Program-made: the position numbers and the translations under genes
Shown: piece after piece, positions 1 through 12,100 of the stretch
How the letters are laid out: every line of letters starts with the position of its first letter
Numbering within the stretch: the stretch's first letter is position 1
Source of the DNA: Amphiscolops sp. MND2022
Lineage: Eukaryota
Direction: 5' to 3'
DNA: 64,000 bases
Assembly (NCBI GenBank): GCA_964187785.1
Contig: OZ076409.1
Coordinates: 12,092,001-12,156,000 of the forward strand
The notes under the pieces: generated by a model
What the model saw: the letters and a program-made list of their open reading frames with translations, nothing else
Databases searched by the model: none
Told to the model about the DNA's origin: nothing

Positions 1-582
1 GTCGGGTTGCCTTTTCAAAATTGGGGATCATCCCGAACTACTTCCTGCTCATCGGATGAACCTCTCGGCAACCCATGTTATATAGTTCAGCTTTTCCGTT
101 AGCTAGTTGGAACTTTCCGTTTTTTCGACGCGCAGGTTAGGTATTTTTAACTGAATACCTAGATTAAATTGCAAAATAACAGTAAAATATGAATAAAGCA
201 GCTCAACATGTTTCGGACTCGTGGCAATGAAAATTTATTTGCGGGCTCGTCAATATCAATCGTCGTGGTGTATTAAGTTGAACACTACTATGTCAGAGCG
301 AAAGCATTTGAAAAACTCTGAATAACACTATTTAAGTGTCATTAACAGGTTGGTGAAAAAACCACGTTTAGCTTCAAAAAGTCTCGACTTCTTTTCACCA
401 GAAACTACAAATTAGTGAGAATCAGTTACATTGTTCTCGATATTCATTACCTCAACAGCAGCATATAACATATACCAACAGGTCGGTCATCCGGAATGAT
501 TGTTGGTTTTTGATCCAGTATGAAAAGTTGAAGCTTCGCCACTTTCAACGTATTCAATTTTCCAGAACTTAACATTCTTCTT

Positions 583-1166
583 GTCATGAACATTCAGATC
601 AGGGTAATTATTGTTTAACTGATTCTCATCCCGTTCATTTCTCAAGTTGTTCTTTGCGTTTAGATTTCGCTGAACTTCGGAAATTAGTTCCGGTCTCTCA
701 GTCGGAATGTCCCATCCCTTTCTGGTCCCGTGTCCTGATCCGGCCATAATAATATTTTTGATTTGAGGAAGCACCTGAGTGCTTATCGCATCGCTTATTG
801 CCCTTTGTATCTGGACACTCACGGAATTCATCATCTCGTCCATTTCTCGTGAAATTCGAGAATTTAATTCACTTGACAACCTGTTTATCTCAGCACTTGA
901 GTTGCCTGCAATTGAATTTCGGTCACATTCGGCATTTGTCCTAGAGTTAGCATTTCTCTGATTTCTACCTATGTTTTCATCTTCATTTTCGGATTCATTG
1001 CTCGCAAAGCTTCTAGATCTCTGGGCAAATTGCTATTTAAGCTACCTTCTCTCTCCCTTGCATTAAAGTGATTCTCACCTAACATAATATCTAAATTTTC
1101 GATGGCTGACAACATTTCAAGTCCTCTTGATTTTCTCGCTTTCTTCTGTTTTCTAGTTGTAGGCAT
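583..1166 (-). pseudogene. Truncated, frameshifted ORF1/Gag-like N-terminus of a probable retroelement
   Basis: ATG at 1166 (MPTTRKQKKARKSRGLEML...) joins through a frameshift near 1020 to the helical 487..879 frame (SSELNSRISREMDEMMNSVSVQIQRAISDAIS). It is intronless with a basic N-terminus, and no catalytic domain is seen, so the family assignment is inference. Confidence 0.4.
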
Positions 1167-4100
1167 TGAGACAAACCTGGTCAAATAAAAAATTATTTAA
1201 CACCAGGAAATAGTATCTTGTTTGGAGGTTTGTAACAGAAGGTTATTTTACAAACTGATTTTAAGGAGCAGAACAAAAATTGTGTCTACCCAAGGGAGTA
1301 GCACCTATATATACTGCCTCGGGCGTGACATACATAGTACAAATACTTAAAAAATGTGATGACTACATTCCGGAAGCACCTGAATTACTCAATCATATGA
1401 ACATCAAAGTGCCGCTGAAATGTGATCAGGAGAATGACGCAGCCATTCAAATTTTTGTTTCGACAACGCTAGTAAACATTTGAAAGGCACGCAGTACATC
1501 AAATATCATCAAATAAAATACTCAAGCCGCTAATATTCGGGGAATGCTAACAATCCCGTGTCGGCACGTGCCCCGTTAGCAGACAGAATTGACTAGTAAG
1601 CAACACTATTACATGTTATTGCACATGTTAATCTTTATCTAATACGTCCACAGATTGTACATGTTAACTGGTGAGCATAGCCGGGTAGGTCTTTCAGACC
1701 GGTGTTTGTAGCAACATCATAGTCTAATATTGATTGCACCAATTCATTTAGGGAGTTACATGAGTGTTTACATTGCAATCACAATCATACATGACATTTA
1801 GAGTACGCGATTTGGTTAGATACTGCATCCGAATAATTGATTTGAAAAGAAGCCTTAACCGGCCACTGTCCGATTGGCTCTAGCAACAAGAGATAATAAT
1901 CAGGCAAATGGCCTTATTCGGCCAAATAGTAGAACAAAGCGCTAAATAACTAAAATGAGCATTTAATTAGTATAAAAGCACAACTATTTTACCATTAACA
2001 AAGTACAAAGGTATTAGGCTATACATCTTCCATTATTGCTTTGCGGCCGGAACCGGTCGTTTGACCAAAGCACCAAAGCACTGCAGGAATGAATGAATGT
2101 GATTGGCTAGCGAGATGAGCTCAAGTGACGTCCCCGGAATTGGAGTTTCGTTCACTTGAACTCGTTTCCTTTACGGTATCTAGCCGTGTTTCTAATTGCT
2201 TCAATTACATTATTGTATTGCACTTCTGAATCTCGCAAATATCAACGCACCATCTGAGCCTTTTGATTGTTGGCCTTAACAGACTAATAGTGGCAAAAGT
2301 ATATATTAAATGAGAATTAGCAACATTAACAAATTCAACTTATAAAACTAACAGGATAACATAAAAGTTTGAGTTTTGAATGTTTACCTCTCTAAAAGAT
2401 TGTTAGGGTACCGGTCGCAATTTCCTGCCCTTCTGCTGTCGTCGTGATTTTAGTACCGTCACAGGCGGCAGCCTGCGACACTTCTATATGTTTCAATGGC
2501 CTCACGCAGAGACATTTTTTCATTTACCACGAATCGGCCGCTACTTGTAGTTGAAATGAGGGATGTAAAAGTATTTATTTTATTCAAACATATTGACAAT
2601 AAATGAATAAATATCTTTATTTTTAGGTTCGTTCAATACAATATATTTATTTTTTGATCCAATGGAGTTGTGTTCTGGGCCAAGATATTTTGACATTCAT
2701 TTTAATGATGGCAAGTATTAAAACAAGCGTTTCTTTGATTTTTTACGCGAAATACACGAAACTCAAACAATTTCTCAGCCATCTGTTATGATGTAAATGT
2801 ATTCGGATTTAGTTACTAGTCGTGTGAAAAAACCATTTCAGTGAGTTTCGTAAAATTATTGATGGTTACAAATACAGTCCAAGAACTGTAGAAACAAATT
2901 ATTTGTTCGAACAATATACTTTTGTAACTCAATATTGGACAATATATTCAGTATATTTATTGTTAGCCAGCAACAAAATAATATATTCATTTTTCAAATA
3001 ATAATATTCGATCACAATATTTGCATATCTGGTTGAAATCGTTTCGCAGCTGAACTCCTGCGATATCTCAGATTGTAAATTTTTTTTTAAATTCTTAGTA
3101 CAGAATGAAGTTCTCAACCTTTCTGTTTTTGTAAAAGCAAGGTAGTACCATCCGTATGCAAAACGTATCTGCTTTGTTCAAAGAAGAGAATTACGTTAGC
3201 ATCTAAAGACCGGTCATTTTTGAGACGATAGACTAATTAATGTATGATGAATTGGTTAAGGGTTGTCGAAAGTTCATAGTAATCTCTATGCCACGCGGTC
3301 ATTATGTAGTTGAGATGTTTATGACAGTTTTTAGTTTTTAGAGTTTTTAACTTCGTTGATCTTAACCGGTTCCCAATGTATTTATATTCAAACCATAGGT
3401 GTCAAGAAATGCAAAAGCATCTCGGGTTCGCGGAAAGAAATGTTTTCATTTTTTACCCTACTTCGTTTTTTTTTGCTGGCTTTGAGTCTTATCTGAAGTT
3501 TTGATTTATATTTGAGAATATATTGAGTTATATCTGCATAATATCTCAGTGAAACATGATGACTAACTTACATGATTCTTGAAAATATTAACAAACGGCT
3601 TCGTTTATAATATAGTCCGTCTCTGCAGACAACACGATAGAGTCGGCAGAAAATAAGAAAATAATTTCTAAATTTTCATTCTTTTCAACCACACAATGGC
3701 ATTTAATCAATACAATTCACGTCGGTGTTTTGCGATTGTTATCCATCTTTGAGGAAAAAATGAAATTTATTGATTGTAGCAAATTCAAAAAACCCTAACT
3801 GCCTCCAAAAAGCCGTACACGCGTTTTTTGGGGATGTGAAAAAACGGCAAAAATGAAGACAATGTAAATTCACATGGAGGATTAATTGAAGTAGCATGAA
3901 TGTTAACATAAAATTTGATCACATTTTTATGTAAAAAATGCGGAAATCAACTTTCCACGTGACCTGTGAGACAGTGAGGCATCCACGGTACTGCCGAGCG
4001 CCGAGTCTTCAGCTTGTTTTCAGTAAAAAATTCAATTATTCATGGTAGCAAGGAGCTTTCATTGCACTTCTTCTATCCAAACCACCTTTCCCTTCGTACT

Positions 4101-4919
4101 TCTATTCCAGCTTCGAATCTGATTCCATTCCCTCAGCTTCCACCAAGTTGCTTTTCCTGCCGCTATCTGAAGTTCAAATGCTAAATTAACGATTCAATTA
4201 AAACTTTCAAAGCAACTTTTCTAGCTGGTTAGTTTTACCTTTCCAAAAGCAAAATTTCAAAAAAAGTAGCAATTTTGATCAATTAACGTAATTTGACATT
4301 CAAATTGCACAGAAAAAAAAAACAGAAAAAGAAGATATGTAAAGTTAACTTCTCTGATTGTAATGACGATAAGCCATTATGATAAATTGGTCCTAAGTAA
4401 AAATTTTTTGATGTTTGAAATAAATTGGAGCCTCAGATTGAAAAACTATTTTTATAAACTTCCGAGGTGAGTTAAAGGCTTTGTGATTCTTCGAGAGGAC
4501 CTGTTTGAATATTCAGTGTCAGTTGACCGTGAGCTTTTTTCGATTTAACCGTCATCAATTCACTCTTGGTTGTGTCAATTTCAGTCTATTTCTTCCAAAG
4601 TTCGTTCCTGAGTTCGTGTTTTATCCCAAAGTTGTAAAAACTGATCTCATTATGTCTCAACTCAAACCCATAACACCCTTCACCCTGTGAAAAAGTGCTC
4701 ATCTTTTCATTTTAACCCTAGATGTTAGCGACGTTTTTAGTCTACTGGAAAATAGTGCAAAAACTGAAGTGTCGGGAATGAAGCGAATCTCAATTGATTC
4801 CGATGAACCAGGACCAAAATTAATATCCAATGCCAAGTTGGGTGATGGGGAGTATAGCCGCTCGATAATAGTGCAGAAACAATTTAAACCAGAACCGAAT
4901 TGAATTCCAATTATTATTA

Positions 4920-5442
4920 CCCTTGTTGAACATGCTTGAATTTTTTACATGTACTTTAATGTTGCCAGCAACTTTTTTAAGATTTTCTAAATATCTTACG
5001 GAAACTTTAATGCGTTAATATTTCCCTGTTGTCGTCAACTTTTATCAAGCTGCTTTAAAGGATCATCAAAGTTTTGGCGGCAATTTCAAGCCGCGAAGTT
5101 CTGCAAGTTTCAATATGCATCAGTTCTAAATTGAAATGCAGCAGAGACGTCAACAATTTTGCCGCCATTTTAATGCAATTTAACTTCATTCACATTGTAA
5201 ACAGCTAACTAGCGTCATCTTCAGCGTCCTATTTGAGACGCGGTGACTAAATTAGATGAGTATTTGAGAAATCAATGTGTGAATACTACGTGATCATGTC
5301 CGTAAAAGAAGTGGGAAATAAAATGCAGTGTAATTCTGCAAGATTTACCACCGGAACCCTACGGAATTTTCTAGGTTTTATAAAAAGTTACCCTGCATGT
5401 AGGCCTGCAGCATGTAAAAAGTTCCAGCAGTCTCAACTAGGG
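4920..5442. mobile_element. Non-autonomous TIR element (CCC...GGG termini, EnSpm/CMC-like MITE), copy 1
   Basis: Imperfect TIRs CCCTTGTTGAACATGCTTGAATTTTTTACATG / CATGTAAAAAGTTCCAGCAGTCTCAACTAGGG with TA on both flanks. It is homologous over its length to the inverted copy at 26575-27125. Confidence 0.7.
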
Positions 5443-5670
5443 TAGTGACCGTTCAACAACAGTGAGATAGTTTTGATTGATCAGGTTTTTATGTAACTTT
5501 CCAACCAACAATATTAAAGTCAATGCATGCAATTTTTTCTCATTTGGTTATATTATCGGGCGGCTATAGTCACGGCTACGTCGAAGTTGAGCCATGACGT
5601 CATTAAAGGAATGACACGCACTTTTCTAACAACTGTTTTTTTACCTTGAAACAGAATACAAAATGGACTA

Positions 5671-7120
5671 TGTTACACGGTGTTTATACCGAACCGATAT
5701 ATTCCGATTTTGTGCCAATTGTAAAACAGACGTTTAACAACCAGTCCCGTTAAATTCAGATGATATTTATGTTTTGTGTCTTAAATTTTGTTGGTAAAGA
5801 TAAAATTTCTGTTCATACCATTACACATCCGTTTTTTACAATAGAGTTAGGACGGGATAGATTAGTTGACAGGAAACAATTAAACGTTCTAAACAAAACT
5901 TTTAATTGTTTCCTCGGAATAGAACATGGCGCAGTCAGCTATCTTAATTACCTATTGATTTTAACTTCTATACAAACAAAGAAGATGACACAAGAAACGA
6001 AATAAATCGAAGTACCGAATTTCGAGGCCACTATTGGCGGAATGGAAATATTTTCACGCCGAAACAATGACTCGAAAGATTTCGGTAGGAAACGACAAGG
6101 AAGTACAAAATGGATAAAACTGAATCATTACGGGGAACAGAAATTACCCGAAACTGTAGTTCCGAAAAAGGAGGTGAAATACAAAAAAAATTCAAATGGG
6201 GTATTGGCCCAGAAGCGTTATACCAGACGACACGGACAGAATATGAAACAGTACCGGACGGAATTGCAGTGAACGATCTGATTCGATTATTCAATGAGTA
6301 CTTTCTTCGAAAAACGTTTTATCATAATCTCGGGAATTCCTTTCGACAAGGCAAACTGCTGAAACCGAAACACCGGAAAGCTTCTGAAGGATACTGAAAA
6401 AAAATCGAAACAAAATGCGCGTTCGAAGGTATAACAGGCGACGAGTTTATCATCTGCAAATGTTTGACCTCATTTACGGATAAAAAATTCCAAGACAAAC
6501 TGATGAAAGAAAAGAAACTGAAACTAAAGATTGTTTCCATATAAACCAAGAAATCAACAAAGTGATGGAAAATCAAAATGCGACAGAACAAAAATCCACA
6601 AATCCGATCTTGAAAACGCATTTTGCAAAGTCCGCTACAGATGCCGAGCTAAACTGAGTTAGAGATGCCATGAGACGCGGAGCCCGGAACACAGCAACGG
6701 AGCAATACCGATTGGTATTTGAGGAGCTGACGAACAAATGGGCCTTACATTCAATGGCGAAACGACCATTGTACCATGAAGCTAAGATATTCTGGAGGCC
6801 GAGTATCTCGAAAGAAACAGAAGAAAAAGCCTATAATTGTGTGGCCTGCAAGGCAACCTGTAACAATTAAAAACATCAACTACCGCAATATGAAGGCGGA
6901 AACCTAAAAACAATGACGGAATCGGGACAAGAGATCTAAACTGATATCCCCGGAAAACTAAATAATGAAAAAATTAAAGGGCGAACAGCAAATATTGATA
7001 GCTGTAGACCGATTTAGCATATGGCCGACTGTAAAACGAAATAGCTGTTGAACATCTTATCCAAATCTTCATTTCATACGTACTACCGGAAAAAATAACA
7101 AGATGAGAGCGTCTGAAATC
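5671..7120 (+). mobile_element. Internally deleted Ty3/Gypsy relic (putative 5' LTR 5671-5926, PBS, gag and integrase fragments)
   Basis: TGTT...AACA segment followed directly by PBS TGGCGCAGTC (5927-5936). Gag remnant FKWGIGPEALYQTTRTEY..DLIRLFNEYF resembles the gag at 9173. Integrase remnants KIFWRPSISKETEEKAYNCVACK and IAVDRFSIWP are present; PR, RT and RH were not found. The 3' end is approximate. Confidence 0.7.
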
Positions 7121-8594
7121 GCTAAATCTAAGACTAAAAAGTGTCTTGCTCATTTATATTTATCTCCTATTGGCTAATCTCTCTGGCTATTCTGTCAATC
7201 AATTGATGTCGTCATAACTAACGAAACTTTTTATAGGTTCTTATTATCAAAATCCCCACTCAGCCAATCAGAAGCGTTATCACATAATTGCAGATCTGCG
7301 CTATTAGAATGTGCAATACTTGTATATAATAGGTTTTCACTATGTCCCCCCTCTTTGCTGTAGGGGGGATATAGTGAAAGATCCGCTCATCCAAGGAGCT
7401 GCGCCGGACAAATTTATCGTAATCGAAATGTTCAGTGAACGCTTTAATTACTAAAACTTGAATGGTGCAAGGAGTTTCCTAAGGCAAGACACGTCTTTTA
7501 GGCCACAACTTTTTCTTGGGAAAATTGAACTAAAAATAAACATCCATTGCAGGGTTCAAGGCTAGATCACAGATATATGGTTCTAACATTGAGATTATAG
7601 GAACAGGTCATCCAATAGTCGCTTAAAAATGCATCTTCTAGACAAACTTTTCAACACAATGCCCTGAAACTAAAAAACAGCCATGAATATGTTCTTAAGA
7701 AGCCTGAAGTCTTTCACACAAATTTTGACTCCAATTTCAGTTACATCATCACTTCAAACATGAGAACATGTGTCAGTTTTTGACTGGCTTACTAAAGTTA
7801 TTAAAAGAGATGGTCTGTGTCGTATGTGATAGTTTTTAGTCAGCGGGTTCGAATCCCGCTCAGGGCGTTATTTTTTTATAACTAATGCATTTCGAGATAG
7901 TAAACTATTCTGTACTTTGGAGAATTTTCGAACGTCCAGAGTCAATATCTGGATTTGATTTGATTCGAAAATTCTCCAAAGTACAGAATAATTTACTGTT
8001 TTTCTGGCCGAAACACTTTTCCTTCGTCAAAATCTCCTTCAGAGAAATGAGACATTTTGTGTACCTCAGTGTATTCAGTTTAAAATTGTTTGAAGGTTTA
8101 CTTTACAGTGAAAACCATGGGTTTGAATAAGCCGTACAGATTCTATAAATTTGTTTTTTAAACAGCAAAAGCTCATTGTTTATATCCGTTTGTTGTATTT
8201 CATGTTGACTAACAAACAAGAAGGTCTCTTTGAAAATATATTTATATTGAAAAATATATAGACTGTTTTTTAAATGAACGTCGCTTGTACTTTCTTCGTT
8301 AGCTCATTATCATATTTTGGTACGTTCTGGCGACAAACAATTAATTTATTTGTTTTCAAGCCCACTTCAAAGCAATTCTCAGGGCTTAGTTAAGGTTGTT
8401 TCCCTTCAGAAAATGAAATAGTATTGTTTATGATTGTAAGCTTTTCGTTCGTTGAAGCTTCCTGTATGTTTTCTCTTTTGTTGATTGAAATGAGAAACAA
8501 GAACCGCTGTAGCTTGCGATTTTCGTACACTAATACAAGTCACCTCTAGGGGGAAATTGGACACTTTCAAAGCTCGATTATTCAAAATAGAGGA

Positions 8595-8740
8595 GGGAAT
8601 AACGTCTAAGGAATAACGTCTAAAAGTCTACCGGGAATAACGTCTACAGGAATGACGTCTAAAATCAATGTAGTAAGATTGGGAATGAGCATGACTGGCG
8701 GTAGACGTTATTCCGATTTTGCATTTAGACGGTATTCCCG
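8595..8740. repeat. Small inverted-repeat element built from GGAATAACGTCTA motifs
   Basis: Four forward GGAAT(A/G)ACGTCTA copies at 8595-8661 and two reverse copies (TAGACGTTATTCC, TAGACGGTATTCC) at 8702-8740. Confidence 0.6.
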
Positions 8741-8960
8741 CTTGCCAATTCAAAAAAGTATCAGAACAATTTCAACCAAAAAGGTCTCTGTAGCAATGAA
8801 GCCAAGTTCACATAATTAAGTTTCCGAAATTGTCATTCAAAACTGAGTTATTTGACTGTATTCTACTTGTCAAGACTTAATTCGGAAACAACGTTAATAA
8901 TTCCGATACAGAGCGGTTTTTATCGTTTTGCACGTCTATTTTATCCCGGGTTTCCCTCCC

Positions 8961-9155
8961 TGTGGCATCACGTCACTTCATGCAGTAATGTACATGTGCA
9001 CTATAAACAGTAGCTATGACATTTTAGTACCTGGCAAAGATGCTACTGCTCGATACTGTGCTGATCTATTCATTAACATTTAAAGTACGCATACCGATTG
9101 GAATAGATTCTTCAGCATCATCATTGTTCTTATCTTATATTCACAAAATACAACA
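8961..9155 (+). repeat. 5' LTR of element A
   Basis: Direct repeat of 14654-14848 with about 14 substitutions counted by eye in 195 bp; starts TGTGG, ends CAACA; TATA-like CTATAAA at 9001. Confidence 0.97.
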
Positions 9156-9164
9156 TGGCGCAGT
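9156..9164 (+). promoter_or_regulatory. Primer-binding site, probably for tRNA-Ser
   Basis: TGGCGCAGT directly after the LTR is complementary to a tRNA 3' end ...ACUGCGCCA, as in invertebrate tRNA-Ser (recalled, not searched). Confidence 0.75.
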
Positions 9165-9172
9165 AAAGAAAG

Positions 9173-12100
9173 ATGGAAAATCAAAAAGCAACTGAGAGCG
9201 CAGGCTCTTCAAGTGAAGAAATCCCTGAAAGAGCAAACTCAAAAACCGAAAAGACACACCAGAAAATAACCCTACCAATATTCGAAAAACGCGGAAAACA
9301 GGAGGCGAAGCTATGGTGGAGACGATTCACACAGTGCATTAAAATGACCCAAAACATTGATCTCAACACGATGACCACAGACCGTGAGATACTAGAAAAT
9401 TACAGGGACGATCTGGAACACCGGATCAAAGATTTGTTTATTTGGGCATTGGGCGAATCAGCGGTAACGGAAATGACAAGAACCGTTAGGGACAATGACC
9501 CAAATCGAATGGACATAAATCAACTGTACTCAATATTCCGGTTACACTTCAGACCGGAACGAAACAAAATCCATAGTAGAGCTGACTTCTTTGGAATAAC
9601 AAGAGAGAAACACCAATCAGCAGAAGACGTGTGGACGAGAATTCTTCAAGTGAAAAAGAACTGCGAGTTCGAGAATGTAATAGCCGAAGTATAAGCGTCA
9701 AAGTTTCTCTCTGTAATTGGAAGATCAACAGGAGACTATGAACTAAAGAAGAAGATTAGAAAAAGTGACATGACGATAGAAACGATAACAGCATTGATAC
9801 ATGAATACATGTACGACCGACTAAAAGACTCGAACAATTCGAACGACGGAAAAAAAATGAAACACATACAAGAACGGCCATACAAACGAAAACGGACAGA
9901 AAAAACCGATGCAGACAAAATAAAGAAAAGATCGGAGTACCAAAAACAAAAACCAAAAGATACCGATGTGGACAATGCGGAGCACTAAAATGGCCAAGAC
10001 AACAAATCTGCACAGCAAAATCAGCAGAATGTAGAAAATGCAAATGAAGGGGCCACTACGAAAAGATGTGCAGATCGATGAGAAGAGTACAATACAAAAC
10101 AACATCTTCGGCAGAAGAAAATAATTGGGATTATGACAAAATCCAGAGAATAGAAAATACAAAACAAAAGAAAGGCTTTTACAACGCCACACTATTAGTC
10201 AACAACGTACCAATCAACTTCATTATCGATAGTGGATCGCCAGTAACACTTATTCCGGAATGCTTGTTTAGCAAATTTACACCAATGTAACCACTCAAGA
10301 CCACTTACAAAGATGTAAACAATCAAAAGATTGACTTTACATGACAGACGAAAGCAATGGTCAAAACAAACAAAAAAAACAATGGAACCACCACTATTAA
10401 TTACAAAAGCACAAACCGCCCCGTTAATGGGACTGGACAGGATGCAACGGCTGAAAATTAACTTGAATTCAAACAACGACGCAATCCAAATCCACAACAT
10501 AAATTTCGATAGCACAGAAAAAAATCATAAAAGGCCAGAACGACTTCAAAGAAATATTTTACAACAACAAAGAGATAAAGAATCTCTCGGTCAAAATAAA
10601 TTTAAAAATTGGAACACAGACAATACAACAAAGAGGACGACCAGTCCCAATACATTCACACAAACAAGTGGCATAAGAGCTGAAACGCCTAATAAAACAC
10701 GGCTATGTAGAAAAGGCAACAGAAATTACTGAAAACTGCTTCGTAAGTCCTGCGGTAATAACCGTAAAAAAGGACAAATCGATAAACATCGCACTCGATT
10801 CCAAAAAATTAAACGAAATTACTGTGATGCGAAAAGCACAAACGCCGAATATGGAAGAATTGATACAACGGATTTCAAGGAAAATATCTGAAGGAGGAGA
10901 CTGAGAAGTATTAGCAACAAAGCTTGACTTCGATTATGCATACGGACGAATCAAATTAGATGACGATACAAAAAAATTGTGCAAATTTACCGTCACTGGA
11001 GGTGATTTCAGTGGATACTACCGTTTCTTGAAAGGTTTTTACGGATTGGCATACATTTTCCAAGAACGGATAGACATGACGCTAGAACACAAACACACGA
11101 CTTGGTTAGACGATATAATAATTGTCACCAAAGGAAACCTGGAAAAACACGAAGCGGAAAGACGTGAAACAATGACGAAACTGGAAAAAGCAGGATATAG
11201 ATCAAATCCAAACAAATGCAAATTCTTCAAAAAAGAAATTGAATGGGTCGGTCACAAAATTGACCAACAAGGGATACGATCCCTGCAAGACAAATTGGAT
11301 GCAATAAAAAAGATCAACATACCAAAAAACGTAAAAGAATTAATATCATTTCTGGGGGCAATCCAATACTTGTCAAAGTATATTGAAAACCTATCAACAA
11401 ATACGGACATTCTACAAAAACTACTGAAAAAGCGAAACGAGTGGATCTGGACAGAAGAACATACGAGAGCGTTCAATAATTTGAAAGAATGTATCACAAA
11501 AATCCCGTGTTTAGCACACTACAACGCCCAAAGCGAAAACATAATTACAACAGACACCAGTACAAAAGGACTGGAGGCCACGCTTTGGCAACCACAAAAA
11601 ACCGGCAAATTAAAGCCAATTGGATTTGCAAGCCGATTTTCATCCGATACAGAAAAGAAGTACCCAATAAACGAATTGGAATTGCTAGGCGTTGTATGGG
11701 GTCTGGAATACTTTAGACTACATATCTACGGAAAACCAATTGAACTTTTAACAGATCATCAAGCGCTAGAACCATTGATCAAAAGAAATACGTCGAACAA
11801 AACATATAACGCGAGACTAACAAGATGGTTAGATCGCTTGGCTCACTTCGACATTAATATTAAACACATCGCCGGAAAACACTTAGCACTACCGGATTAC
11901 CTGTGTAGAAATCCAACATCAATGCCAGAACCCATCGAAAAATACGACGAAGAATACGTAATTAATTGCATAACACCATTACTTGAATTCATCAACAAGT
12001 ATGGCAGCAATTATGGAAAAATGAACAAAGAAGCGCGAACGGACGATATTGAGAAGCGTGAACAGAAATCCAAGCAATCAGAATCAAGCAAGCGGAACCA

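Noticed and set aside
7835..7870. tRNA gene candidates (also 29885, 37310, 54415)
   Set aside because: Only B-box or T-arm-like motifs are present with no complete cloverleaf; better explained as SINE heads.
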